Virus record (IMG/VR): IMGVR_UViG_3300037153_000324
Coordinates: 10,374 to 74,373 of that record
Source: a virus
Length of the DNA stretch: 64,000 bases
Reading direction: 5' to 3' (one strand)
In this document: positions 29,165 through 38,127 of the stretch, in pieces
Layout: each line of letters opens with the position of its first letter
Numbering within the stretch: position 1 is the first letter of the stretch
Position numbers and translations under genes: made by a program
Notes under the pieces: generated by a model
Databases searched by the model: none
What the model saw: the letters and a program-made list of their open reading frames with translations, nothing else
Told to the model about the DNA's origin: nothing

Positions 29165-30700
29165 GTGGCAACAAGTGGTGAACCACCTTCAGTAATAGTT
29201 CCGCCGAGTATCGACGGCGATCCTCTAGCTGGTACAACGCTCTACGGCAATGTTGGTGATTGGGCTGGAACCCCAACTCCTGTTTTTGACTATCAGTGGA
29301 AGCGGAACGATCAGCCAATTTCAGGTGCGACGTTACACACATATGTACCAGGAACTCTTGATGTAAACACAACGCTTACGCTTGAAATTCGAGCAACAAA
29401 TGACTACGGAGTTGCTTTTGCTTCATCGACTGGACTTTACATTACCAATCCGGCACCTGTGATTCAGAATAATCCTGTTATCAGTGGATCGCAGTTCATT
29501 GGAAATACACTGACGACGACAAGCGGCGATTGGTACAACATTCCTCACGGGTATGCATACCAGTGGAAGCGTGACGGGGCAGATATTCTCGGAGCAACAA
29601 GTACGCAGTACGTGCTTGTCTCGGCTGATTCAGGTCATACAATTACATGCCAAGTGACCGCTACGAACATGGGTGGATCTGGCGTTGCAGTTTCCAATGG
29701 TATTTCAGCAATTACACCCAGTTCTGCACCCGTGAATGTTGGCTTGCCTGATATCACTGGCAACCCGAATGTAGGCGCACTTCTTATGGCGCACAATGGG
29801 TCATGGGCAAATGGCCCATATGCATTCACGCACCAATGGAAACGCGACGGAGTAGTAATTCCTGGCGCGACGGGTAGCAATTATCTTGTTACTGCTGCTG
29901 ACTTTGGTGGAAGAATCACATTGACTGTAACTGCGATCAATGTCATTGGTTCAACAATCGCAACATCACAGCCAACTAGCGAAGTAATTATCGAACAGCC
30001 GGTATCTCCCGGATTTCAGCCGCAGTTACCGCTTGAGCTTCCACCTTCCGATGCTGAATTCGCGTTCATGCAGGAAGAGCCGCCTGGTTTCTTCCCCGAA
30101 AACCAAGATTCCAACTTTGGTTTTGTAATTCGAAAGATGTGGAGCGATCAGCTTCAGCAAAGCATCGACCAGCAACAACTTCTTTACGGCGAACGCTTTA
30201 TCGACACGTCAACTGAATTTCTGGACGAGTGGGAAAAAGACGTTGGTTTGCCACCCGGACGAAACTTGACAGTTACTCAACGGCGTGCGCTCGTCAAATC
30301 TCGACTTCGAAAGACCGCGTTCACACGGACGATGCGGCGGCAAATCGTGGAGGATTTTCTTACCACGATTTACATGCAACCAATTCAGCTATTGCCGCCG
30401 GGTGTGCCACTCGTTGCGGACGGTGTGCCAATCGGTGCTGAGCCTGGTGCGGTGTCTGATTTGTATTCGATCACCGAAATTGTGGAGCAGTTTCACTATG
30501 TTGTTGGACTTGCTCCGACAGTCTCCATTGACGAGGTTTTGTTGACGCGAGAATTGAATCGAGTTACGCCTGCTGGAATTTCTTTCGACTTCGCGCATTT
30601 TGAAATTTTCTCGATCTACCAGGAGTATGCCACGTATCAGGAGCTTTACGATGCGTGGGCAACCTACGATGAAATTTTCTCGAACATCTACTCCTACTAG
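29165..30700 (+). CDS. Baseplate protein (gpI/YmfQ-like) with three N-terminal Ig-like repeats
   Basis: Three Y.YQWKR.G..I.GAT..Y repeats; FLDEWEKDVGL...QRRALV; RVTPAGI. Confidence 0.75.
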   Translation: MATSGEPPSVIVPPSIDGDPLAGTTLYGNVGDWAGTPTPVFDYQWKRNDQPISGATLHTYVPGTLDVNTTLTLEIRATNDYGVAFASSTGLYITNPAPVIQNNPVISGSQFIGNTLTTTSGDWYNIPHGYAYQWKRDGADILGATSTQYVLVSADSGHTITCQVTATNMGGSGVAVSNGISAITPSSAPVNVGLPDITGNPNVGALLMAHNGSWANGPYAFTHQWKRDGVVIPGATGSNYLVTAADFGGRITLTVTAINVIGSTIATSQPTSEVIIEQPVSPGFQPQLPLELPPSDAEFAFMQEEPPGFFPENQDSNFGFVIRKMWSDQLQQSIDQQQLLYGERFIDTSTEFLDEWEKDVGLPPGRNLTVTQRRALVKSRLRKTAFTRTMRRQIVEDFLTTIYMQPIQLLPPGVPLVADGVPIGAEPGAVSDLYSITEIVEQFHYVVGLAPTVSIDEVLLTRELNRVTPAGISFDFAHFEIFSIYQEYATYQELYDAWATYDEIFSNIYSY

Positions 30701-30712
30701 CGAGGAAGTCGA

Positions 30713-31510
30713 ATGCTGACAAGTCCACGTCGAGTAATTCCCTATCCGAATCCGGATCGTACAGACCATCCGGATATTCCAACGCACATTCTCAATCTTG
30801 TAAATGCACTGGAATTGGATCTGGTCTATGCTCAGGGAACGCACGCTTCTCGTCCCGCTAACCCTGGTATTGCCGGTGGCTACTTGTACTGGGAAACAGA
30901 CACGAACCAATTGTTTTACTGGGATGGTGTAGCATATACTCTTGTTTCAGGAATTTCACCTACACTAATCGACGCACCGGGCGATTTGATTGTTGGAACT
31001 GCCGATAATACTCCTGCGAGACTAGCTGTAGGATCACTTGGGCAGGTGCTAACACGAATTTCATCTGCTCCGTATGTCGGCTGGCAGGCGCTCCCGGCTG
31101 CGCCCGTTGCGCCGGGGACAGAACTTGACTACAAGCAGATCACGGCCACAACCGCGCAGATCAATGCGACGACCGAAGCGACTGCCGTTGCGGTCATTAC
31201 CGGGAACTCGGTGACATACGACGGCACGAAGGTCAGGGTCGAGTTCTTCGCCCCGATGGGTATCAGCCAAGCACAGATGACCGTGACGTTCGTTCTCTTG
31301 CGGGATGCAACCGTCGTCGGGCAGGCCAAGAAACAGGTGCCTGCGGCCGGAGATACCGGGATGTATTTCGTGATGCTCGATACACCGTCAGCGGGTGCCC
31401 ACGTCTACAAGGTTTCGCTGTTCGTCAGCGTCTCGGCCCATCAAGTCTCAGCCGGTGTGGGCGGCTCAGGGAATCTCGCGCCCGCCTTTCTGCGAGTGAC
31501 GAAGGTATGA
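30713..31510 (+). CDS. Tail fibre/receptor-binding protein 1
   Basis: GDLIVGTADNTPARLAVG..GQVL; N-terminus shared with the next gene. Confidence 0.65.
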   Translation: MLTSPRRVIPYPNPDRTDHPDIPTHILNLVNALELDLVYAQGTHASRPANPGIAGGYLYWETDTNQLFYWDGVAYTLVSGISPTLIDAPGDLIVGTADNTPARLAVGSLGQVLTRISSAPYVGWQALPAAPVAPGTELDYKQITATTAQINATTEATAVAVITGNSVTYDGTKVRVEFFAPMGISQAQMTVTFVLLRDATVVGQAKKQVPAAGDTGMYFVMLDTPSAGAHVYKVSLFVSVSAHQVSAGVGGSGNLAPAFLRVTKV

Positions 31511-31523
31511 GGAAGGAAAATCA

Positions 31524-32537
31524 ATGCTGACAAGCGCAAGACGCGGAATTTCGTATCCGAATCCCAATCGGCTTGATACGCCGGATATTCCGACACATAT
31601 TCAAAATCTTGTAAACGCGCTTGAGCTTGACGTTGTTTTCGCGCAAGGCACTCATGTTGCTCGTCCTGCCAATCCCGGAATTTCAAATGGCGGCTATATC
31701 TATTGGGAGACGGACACCAAGACGCTGTTTTACTGGGATGGGACGGCGTATCAGAACATGAGCTTTTCAGGAATTGCAAGTCCCTTAGCCGGTGATGCCA
31801 TCGTGTACGACGGATCGAATTTCGTAAAATCAAGCGCATACAAGATGAACCCCTCTGGCCTTGCAATTTCAGGAACAGTCGATGGCAGCAAGTTCATGCA
31901 TGACGATTTTTCATGGCGACCGCTTGCACTACCAGTTGCCTCGGGAGTCTCGGGACTTCCTGCAACTCCGCTAGAAGGAACAATTGCATTGCTGAGAACT
32001 GCGCACAACGAGGTAGAGCTTTACTACAACGTCAGCGATACACGTTGGTATTCGCGAATTGTATCGGCCTATTGGGCTGAGCCTACTGGCTCGTTACCCG
32101 GTGGCTCGTTTGCTGTGCTCGGTACGAGTAACAGACTGCTCCGCTATTTCAAAGAGTTTTACGATGTAGGCTTACGACCGCAAGTGCGATTTCTAACCAG
32201 TATTTACGCAAATACGTCTGCACACTCGACAACATTTTCATTTCGACTTGCGTACTGGTGTTGGGTGGCAGCGGCAACGTCGGGAGTACGAATTGGCGAG
32301 AGTGCAACTGCTGTTTCACCTGTCGCAGTCGGTCAGCAACCTCCGCAATATTTCAGTACCGATTGGCTTGACTTGAATGTAACTGGAACAGCACCGGCTT
32401 CTCCTGATGCTTCAATGGTGATCGAAGCTATGGTATCCGATGCAGGAGCGGGGGGAACAGTTGGGCGAGCAATGACGCAGGGTGCAAATACAGCGGGATT
32501 TGGAATTACAACTGAACATCGCTGGCGGTCGAACTAA
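31524..32537 (+). CDS. Tail fibre/receptor-binding protein 2
   Basis: N-terminal ~75 aa paralogous to 30713-31510. Confidence 0.65.
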   Translation: MLTSARRGISYPNPNRLDTPDIPTHIQNLVNALELDVVFAQGTHVARPANPGISNGGYIYWETDTKTLFYWDGTAYQNMSFSGIASPLAGDAIVYDGSNFVKSSAYKMNPSGLAISGTVDGSKFMHDDFSWRPLALPVASGVSGLPATPLEGTIALLRTAHNEVELYYNVSDTRWYSRIVSAYWAEPTGSLPGGSFAVLGTSNRLLRYFKEFYDVGLRPQVRFLTSIYANTSAHSTTFSFRLAYWCWVAAATSGVRIGESATAVSPVAVGQQPPQYFSTDWLDLNVTGTAPASPDASMVIEAMVSDAGAGGTVGRAMTQGANTAGFGITTEHRWRSN

Positions 32538-32552
32538 AAGGAGAGCAGCCTA

Positions 32553-33512
32553 GTGGGCACACGAATCAAGAATTTCGTTTCAACCGGGTTGGCTCCCGAC
32601 GGTAGATTGTATGCTGGCGACCTGAATCGAATTCAGGATCAGTACGCTGATCTGTCAAATTTTGGACAAGCGTTTGCTGCTGGCTCAATTTCACTTGGAG
32701 AAGCTGCACTGATCTTGCTGCGTTACGGAGCAGGAGAAGCGCGTCTCTCAGGTGCGCTGCGGACGGATGGAATTATTCGCGCCTTGGGTGGTGTTTATGC
32801 TGGCGCATTTTCCACTGTTCAGCGTGATGCAATTCCAGTTGGCTTGCGTCCATTTGGACTCATCATTCTCAACACGACAACGAATCAGCTTGAAATCAAC
32901 AAGGGCACAGACGATACCCCAAACTGGCAAACAGTTGGAGCAACATCACAGCAGGTAGCTGGCGGAATTTTACAGAATGGGTTGCTTGCCAATCGGCCAA
33001 GCCCATCTGCAATTGGTATCGGAATGTATTTTGCAGTAGACCAGAACGTAATTTACTATTCGGATGGCACTGTCTGGCAGAGAATCGGGCCAAGGCCGGG
33101 AGACTTGACGCAGACGATGAATGACTCTGCACAGCCGGGACGAATTCTTTGTCAGGGTCAATTGATCCCTCGCACCGGAGTTTACGCGGATCTGTTCGCT
33201 GTATGGGGAACGAAATTTGGTGCTGGCGATGGTGTTTCAACGTTTGGTGCTCCCGATCTACAGGGTCGTGTGCTTGTTACTGTTGCTCCTGGCGGCAAAG
33301 CCGAGGTAAATACAGTTAGTAAAAACGATGGCCGTGCAGCTAACCAGCGAAATATCAGCCACACCCACTTGACCTATCGCCTGGAAGGACGTGTGTCTGG
33401 CCCTGCTGCGAGCGCAACTGTTATCACGGCCTACGATGCGCCGGTTTCAGGCGATGTGAACAACGTAAATTACCCTGCGTACTTTATTGTCAACACGGAG
33501 GCGAAGCTCTAA
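32553..33512 (+). CDS. Tail fibre protein with tail-collar domain
   Basis: LCQGQ.I.R...YADLFAVWGT.FGAGDG.STF..PDLQGRV. Confidence 0.85.
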   Translation: MGTRIKNFVSTGLAPDGRLYAGDLNRIQDQYADLSNFGQAFAAGSISLGEAALILLRYGAGEARLSGALRTDGIIRALGGVYAGAFSTVQRDAIPVGLRPFGLIILNTTTNQLEINKGTDDTPNWQTVGATSQQVAGGILQNGLLANRPSPSAIGIGMYFAVDQNVIYYSDGTVWQRIGPRPGDLTQTMNDSAQPGRILCQGQLIPRTGVYADLFAVWGTKFGAGDGVSTFGAPDLQGRVLVTVAPGGKAEVNTVSKNDGRAANQRNISHTHLTYRLEGRVSGPAASATVITAYDAPVSGDVNNVNYPAYFIVNTEAKL

Positions 33513-33664
33513 TGCCAAATCCCGAACGTGATCCGCTTGACACATATTTCACTCGTCTGGCGGAAGTACCGCAAGGTAAGGAAGATCCCAACCCGCAAGA
33601 TTACACCGATGCAATGGCGAATCTCGAAAAGCGAATTCAAAAGCTAGAGGAAAAGAGTGATTGA
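33512..33664 (+). CDS. Small coiled-coil protein (50 aa, not in ORF track)
   Basis: MPNPERDP...LEKRIQKLEEKSD*; coupled at both ends. Confidence 0.45.
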   Translation: MPNPERDPLDTYFTRLAEVPQGKEDPNPQDYTDAMANLEKRIQKLEEKSD

Positions 33665-34130
33665 CTCGTACAACATCGAACTTCCTGATTATGAAATTGG
33701 TGACTTCGGCTTGAAGCCCGGAGAAGTCAAGTTCACGTATGACGACGAGATGAAGTCGATCATGCCGGAAGCCGAGAAAGCTTTTGCGCTTATTTTCGAG
33801 CAGACTCAGCATGAGCTAGGAATTTCACTGAGTATGAAAACAGATGTTGAAATGTCGATTGTTCCGCTTTGGCTAATGGCTGTCTATGGCCCCGGTGATG
33901 GTATTGGGCTGCACCGTGAGGGAAGTGAAAATACCCACACGCTTCTGTGCGCTATGAACGATCTACCGGAAGATGCTGGCGGCGATCTTCAGATCGAAAA
34001 TCATGATAAGAAGTATGCGCATCGCCGTGGCCGAGTTGTAATTTTCCCCAGTGATGCGCTGCATGGAAATCAAATGATTACCAAGTCTGTAGTCCGAATA
34101 GGACTGGCGGGATTGGTGAGCGTCTTGTGA
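33657..34130 (+). CDS. 2OG-Fe(II) oxygenase
   Basis: Y..GD.I.LHRE, GGDL, GRVVIFP...LHG...R (HxE...H...R). Confidence 0.75.
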   Translation: MIDSYNIELPDYEIGDFGLKPGEVKFTYDDEMKSIMPEAEKAFALIFEQTQHELGISLSMKTDVEMSIVPLWLMAVYGPGDGIGLHREGSENTHTLLCAMNDLPEDAGGDLQIENHDKKYAHRRGRVVIFPSDALHGNQMITKSVVRIGLAGLVSVL

Positions 34131-34139
34131 GAAAAACCC

Positions 34140-34376
34140 ATGTACATAATCGCAGCAGTCGGTGACGGATGGCTCGCGGTTGCTGCTGTTATAACGGCAA
34201 TCGGGGGGATAATTTCAAGTATTGCTGCCGCAAAAAGAGCTAAGAAAGAAGGGATCGAAGAATCGAATGCAAAATGCCATGAGCGATTGGTCAAGATGCA
34301 AGAAGAATCCGAGAGATTGGCTGCTGAATTACATCGCATGAAGATGATACATTACGACGAAACCGAGTACGAATGA
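34140..34376 (+). CDS. Membrane protein (holin-like)
   Basis: One TM segment followed by a coiled coil. Confidence 0.45.
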   Translation: MYIIAAVGDGWLAVAAVITAIGGIISSIAAAKRAKKEGIEESNAKCHERLVKMQEESERLAAELHRMKMIHYDETEYE

Positions 34377-35014
34377 AAATATTGCTCTTTTTCTCGGCAG
34401 TTTGTTGGATTGCGACGGCAGGACTGGTCGCTGCAATGAGCCTGAGCGCGGCCCCAGTCGAGACGGTTACGACCACGATTCAAGGCCCGCCAGGAGCCAC
34501 AGGAGCCACAGGGACGGCCGGAAAGCCCGGAAAGGCTGGTCAGAAGGGGTCAACCGGAAACGCTGGCTCAGAAGGCCCACAGGGGCCGCAGGGAGTCCAA
34601 GGCCCACAGGGCATTCAAGGGCCAATAGGGCCGACAGGCTCACAGGGAGTTTCAGGTAGCCGTGGAGCACAAGGCTTACAGGGCCTAGCGGGGAAAGCTG
34701 GCTCATCTGGCCCACAGGGTGCTCAAGGTGCTCAGGGAATTTCAGGGCCGAAAGGTGATAAAGGCGACACCGGAGCAACCGGCCCGCAAGGCCCGAAGGG
34801 CGACACTGGTTCACAGGGATCGACAGGCCCACAAGGAGCACAAGGGCCAGTAGGAGCAACTGGGTCAACTGGTGCGACCGGCGCAGCAGGGCCACCGGGA
34901 ATTCAAGGGCCACCTGGCCCGGTATGTCCTACGGGTTTTACGCTTCAGACAATTTCAGTACACGAACGCGATCCTGAAGGCACTGCCATAATTTCCGTCT
35001 GCGTCCAAGGGTGA
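34373..35014 (+). CDS. Secreted/anchored collagen-like protein
   Basis: Signal-like N-terminus, ~49 uninterrupted Gly-X-Y triplets, C-terminal Cys pair. Confidence 0.85.
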   Translation: MKILLFFSAVCWIATAGLVAAMSLSAAPVETVTTTIQGPPGATGATGTAGKPGKAGQKGSTGNAGSEGPQGPQGVQGPQGIQGPIGPTGSQGVSGSRGAQGLQGLAGKAGSSGPQGAQGAQGISGPKGDKGDTGATGPQGPKGDTGSQGSTGPQGAQGPVGATGSTGATGAAGPPGIQGPPGPVCPTGFTLQTISVHERDPEGTAIISVCVQG

Positions 35015-35787
35015 ACATGGAACTGAAGCTTGGAAAAAAGAAATACGAACACGACGAGCGCACATTGATGATGACGAAGTACATTACCGATTTGTGGGCA
35101 CCGTCGCGATGGGACTTCGATGCCGGTCGCAACAAATTCATTTCGCGCATGTGGGCAAATGACGACTGGGGCGACTGTGTAATTGCTGGCAGAGCCAATC
35201 AGCAAGTGCGGTTGGAAAGAATGGAACAACGACGGACAATCATTATCACTGACCAGGACGTAATTTCAAGTTATCAGAACTTGAGTGGAGCCGTCGAGCC
35301 GGGAGATAAGAACGATATCGGTATCGAAGTGATCGACGGAATGCGTGATTGGCGAAACAACGGTTGGAATCTCGGACGACACAATTACAAAATCACGGCC
35401 TATGGTGAGCTTGATCCCGGAAATTTTCAATCGCTTTGCGCAGCTACGTATCATCTCTGCGGAGTCCATTTGGGTTTTTGGCTTCCCAAGTCAGCAGAAC
35501 AAATGCTCGATGAAGGTGTGTGGGACTACGCAGGGCAAAACGGCCCCAATTGGAAGCCTGGTTCCTGGGGTGGGCATCTGACCTATTGCAAGAAATACGA
35601 TGGGAGTAATTTGTATGTGCTCACTTGGGGAATGCAAATTCGTGTTACACAGCGTTTTCTCGACCGCTATTGCGATGAAGCATGGGCCGTAGTGGATTCA
35701 GCAGACTCATGGCGTTCCAAGAATTCCATTGACGTTGACAAGTTGATGAATGATCTTCAGGCAATTTCAACAAAGATCAACAGGTAG
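35011..35787 (+). CDS. Papain-like cysteine peptidase (putative)
   Basis: ND.WGDCVIA, WGGH, TWG motifs. Confidence 0.6.
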   Translation: MNMELKLGKKKYEHDERTLMMTKYITDLWAPSRWDFDAGRNKFISRMWANDDWGDCVIAGRANQQVRLERMEQRRTIIITDQDVISSYQNLSGAVEPGDKNDIGIEVIDGMRDWRNNGWNLGRHNYKITAYGELDPGNFQSLCAATYHLCGVHLGFWLPKSAEQMLDEGVWDYAGQNGPNWKPGSWGGHLTYCKKYDGSNLYVLTWGMQIRVTQRFLDRYCDEAWAVVDSADSWRSKNSIDVDKLMNDLQAISTKINR

Positions 35788-35795
35788 GAGTGAAA

Positions 35796-35891
35796 ATGCG
35801 CGGTCTTGTAATTCAACCGCATTTCTGGTGGTTCGTGATTGCTGTCTGCTTTATCCTGTTCTTGCTATTTGGGAATAACTGGGTAACATAA
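35796..35891 (+). CDS. Small membrane peptide (31 aa, not in ORF track)
   Basis: MRGLVIQPHFWWFVIAVCFILFLLFGNNWVT; AGGAG SD. Confidence 0.45.
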   Translation: MRGLVIQPHFWWFVIAVCFILFLLFGNNWVT

Positions 35892-35987
35892 GAAGTCCGA
35901 GGACAGGGGTTTAGGGGCACTCGCGGACTGGTAGCTCTGCCTGCAAGAAGCGTAGCTCTCTTTCTACGCAGGGCCGCGAAATACAAA

Positions 35988-36245
35988 ATGAAAGGTGGTG
36001 TACAAGTGGTAGAAATTGGCGATACGGTTACTTACGTTGATCCGGTCGGACAGGAGCACAACGCACTGGTGACAACTGTATTTTCAAGTGGTCATGCCGG
36101 TGACGATGGGCCAAAGCCGTCAGTCAATCTCGTTTACGTGTCGGACGATGGCACGAAGGCGGATCAGTACGGGCGGCAGATCGAACGATCAACGTCAGTA
36201 GTGAACGAGGCAAATCAGGCCGCGCACGGGAACTACTGGAAGTAG
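35988..36245 (+). CDS. Hypothetical phage protein
   Basis: IGDTVTYVD..G..H.ALVT.V...VNL. Confidence 0.6.
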   Translation: MKGGVQVVEIGDTVTYVDPVGQEHNALVTTVFSSGHAGDDGPKPSVNLVYVSDDGTKADQYGRQIERSTSVVNEANQAAHGNYWK

Positions 36246-36385
36246 CCGTGAAAATGCCTATCAGTGGTGCCGAGCAGGTGCCTTTCGATAGGCACAAATT
36301 ACAGAAAGGCGGTGATAAAGGTCAACAACTAGCTCCACGGGCGCACATACTCGCCTGTGTCTAGTCCCCGAGCAAAGGATATGTT

Positions 36386-36988
36386 TTGAAAATTCTCGCC
36401 GTACTAAGCTGCGCTGCCTTCGTCGCCGGAGGCGGCGTAGTGGCATCAGCGAGTGCTAGCGCCAGCCAGGCGCAGGTAAAAGCACAAATGACCAAACTGA
36501 AAATCAAGATCAACTATGCCACTCGGTTCGTCAAGCACGACCGCTCTGTAATTCGGGCAGGCGTAGAGTGGATTCCATTAGGTGCGAGCGTGCAGATGCT
36601 CGATCCCCACCCCAACATGGAATTACACCGGAAACACATGCGCACGATGTACAGAATCGTCCGACAGAGCAGGGTAAAGCTGGCAGAATTGCAGAAAGTC
36701 TACAGGAGGCTGTATATCAGCCTAACTCGACCGGCTCATTACACTCAGTGGCTTTGCATTCACCACTTCGAAGGAGCGTGGAATGCGAACACTGGGAATG
36801 GGTATTACGGCGGTTTGCAAATGGATTACGGCTTTATGTCCACGTACGGTTGGAGTCTGCTGAAATTGAAGGGTACGGCGGACAGGTGGACACCCTTGGA
36901 GCAGATGCAGGTCGCTGAGAGAGCCTATGCTTCTGGCAGGGGCTTCAACCCCTGGCCGAACACAGCGAGGTACTGCGGGTTACTGTGA
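36386..36988 (+). CDS. Resuscitation-promoting-factor (Rpf)-like transglycosylase, secreted
   Basis: Signal peptide; W.CI..FEG.W.ANTGNGYYGGLQ...EQ..VAER....G..PWP...CG. Confidence 0.85.
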   Translation: MKILAVLSCAAFVAGGGVVASASASASQAQVKAQMTKLKIKINYATRFVKHDRSVIRAGVEWIPLGASVQMLDPHPNMELHRKHMRTMYRIVRQSRVKLAELQKVYRRLYISLTRPAHYTQWLCIHHFEGAWNANTGNGYYGGLQMDYGFMSTYGWSLLKLKGTADRWTPLEQMQVAERAYASGRGFNPWPNTARYCGLL

Positions 36989-37006
36989 GAAAGGAAATTT
37001 GATAAG

Positions 37007-37059
37007 CTTGAGCGGGGTAGAGTTGAGTTGCCCGCCCTTCTCGCTCTGCCCCGCTCAGG
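37007..37059. terminator. Long hairpin ending the late operon
   Basis: CTTGAGCGGGGTAGAG pairs with CTCTGCCCCGCTCAGG; no U-tract. Confidence 0.5.
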
Positions 37060-37137
37060 GCCGATCCTACCTCAGAGGCGTTCCATGCCGGTTCGTGGCG
37101 TCCTGAGCCGTCCTGTGCGGCCTCAGAGGGGGGTGGT

Positions 37138-37167
37138 TTGACAAACTCACAGTGGACGACTTAGATT
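37138..37167 (+). promoter_or_regulatory. Putative promoter
   Basis: TTGACA-N18-TAGATT. Confidence 0.4.
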
Positions 37168-37256
37168 CCCTCCGGGGCCGGACGACCATGTGATACCGGA
37201 ATCCGGCCCTTATCCCTTTCCTGGCCCGAAATTTCACCGAGAGGAATGAAGAAATT

Positions 37257-37568
37257 GTGGCTCACGATGCTCCGCACGGACGACAGAAGTCATCGAAATT
37301 AGTCAAGAAGCCGCATGTAACCGAGCAGACGAAATTTGACCTTTGGTTGTCCCAATGCATGAATGACGGGACGCCTGTAATTGTCACTTTTTCGCTCGAT
37401 CTACAACCGATTTTGGGCGTTAGGACAACTCCTTGTTGGGTGCTCGTTGTTGACCGCTATTTTGTCCAATTGGAGCTTATCGATCTGTTCGAAAAATTCG
37501 GTGCCGGTGGTAATATCTTCTGGTTTCCGAAAGACGTTCTCAGGGCGGTTTCTCTTGCAATTTCATAG
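37257..37568 (+). CDS. Hfq/Sm-like protein (putative)
   Basis: D.WL....D.TPV.V.F / VDRYFVQL / WFPKDVL.AV aligns by eye to Hfq DPFL...VPVSIYL / FDQFVILL / VYKHAISTV. Confidence 0.5.
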   Translation: MAHDAPHGRQKSSKLVKKPHVTEQTKFDLWLSQCMNDGTPVIVTFSLDLQPILGVRTTPCWVLVVDRYFVQLELIDLFEKFGAGGNIFWFPKDVLRAVSLAIS

Positions 37569-37606
37569 TGTTTATTGGTTGCAAGAGCTATGCGCAAAAT
37601 AGCTTC

Positions 37607-37790
37607 TCTCGCGCGTGCGCGTACGTGCGCGATCCTTATAGACTCCTACGGAGTCTATGAATGTACTCTTACTGTTCACTGCTCCGCAGTGAACAAACAA
37701 AAACAGAAACAGACAAAAGTAAAAAGTAAAAAAATGAAAAAGTAAAAAATAAAAGGAAATAGAAAGGCTGAAATTTTTGTTCCGTTTGTC
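37607..37790. other. Putative replication origin
   Basis: Non-coding; three inverted repeats followed by an ~80-nt A-rich tract, upstream of the helicase. Confidence 0.55.
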
Positions 37791-37820
37791 ACAAACCCTC
37801 ACAAACTCCCGGAGGAGCCA

Positions 37821-38063
37821 TTGGCTGAAAAAACCAAAAAATCGCAGCCTTCTGCGGAAAAACCAATTTCAATCACTTTCGAAAACAAATTTCACAAGGA
37901 GCTTGAAAAAACCCTTCGCCAGTGGTTCGAAAAAAACGGGCAATTTTCAAAAAACGGCCTGCAAATAGAGTACGACTTTCGCGGACGGAAAAATTCCGTT
38001 TCGCTTCGCGTAATTGGACGACCCGGACAAATTCTCGTTCGCAAATGGAAACAAGGAACCTAA
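37821..38063 (+). CDS. Hypothetical protein
   Basis: GGAGGAG SD, TTG start. Confidence 0.45.
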   Translation: MAEKTKKSQPSAEKPISITFENKFHKELEKTLRQWFEKNGQFSKNGLQIEYDFRGRKNSVSLRVIGRPGQILVRKWKQGT

Positions 38064-38127
38064 TTCGCTGTTTTCAAATTTGGCAACTAGACAGAGCAGG
38101 GAACAAAGCGATAAGCAAGGAGATGCC

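Noticed and set aside
30713-32537. Diversity-generating retroelement or invertible fibre cassette
   Set aside because: No reverse transcriptase, invertase or adenine-specific TR/VR pair; similarity is confined to the N-termini
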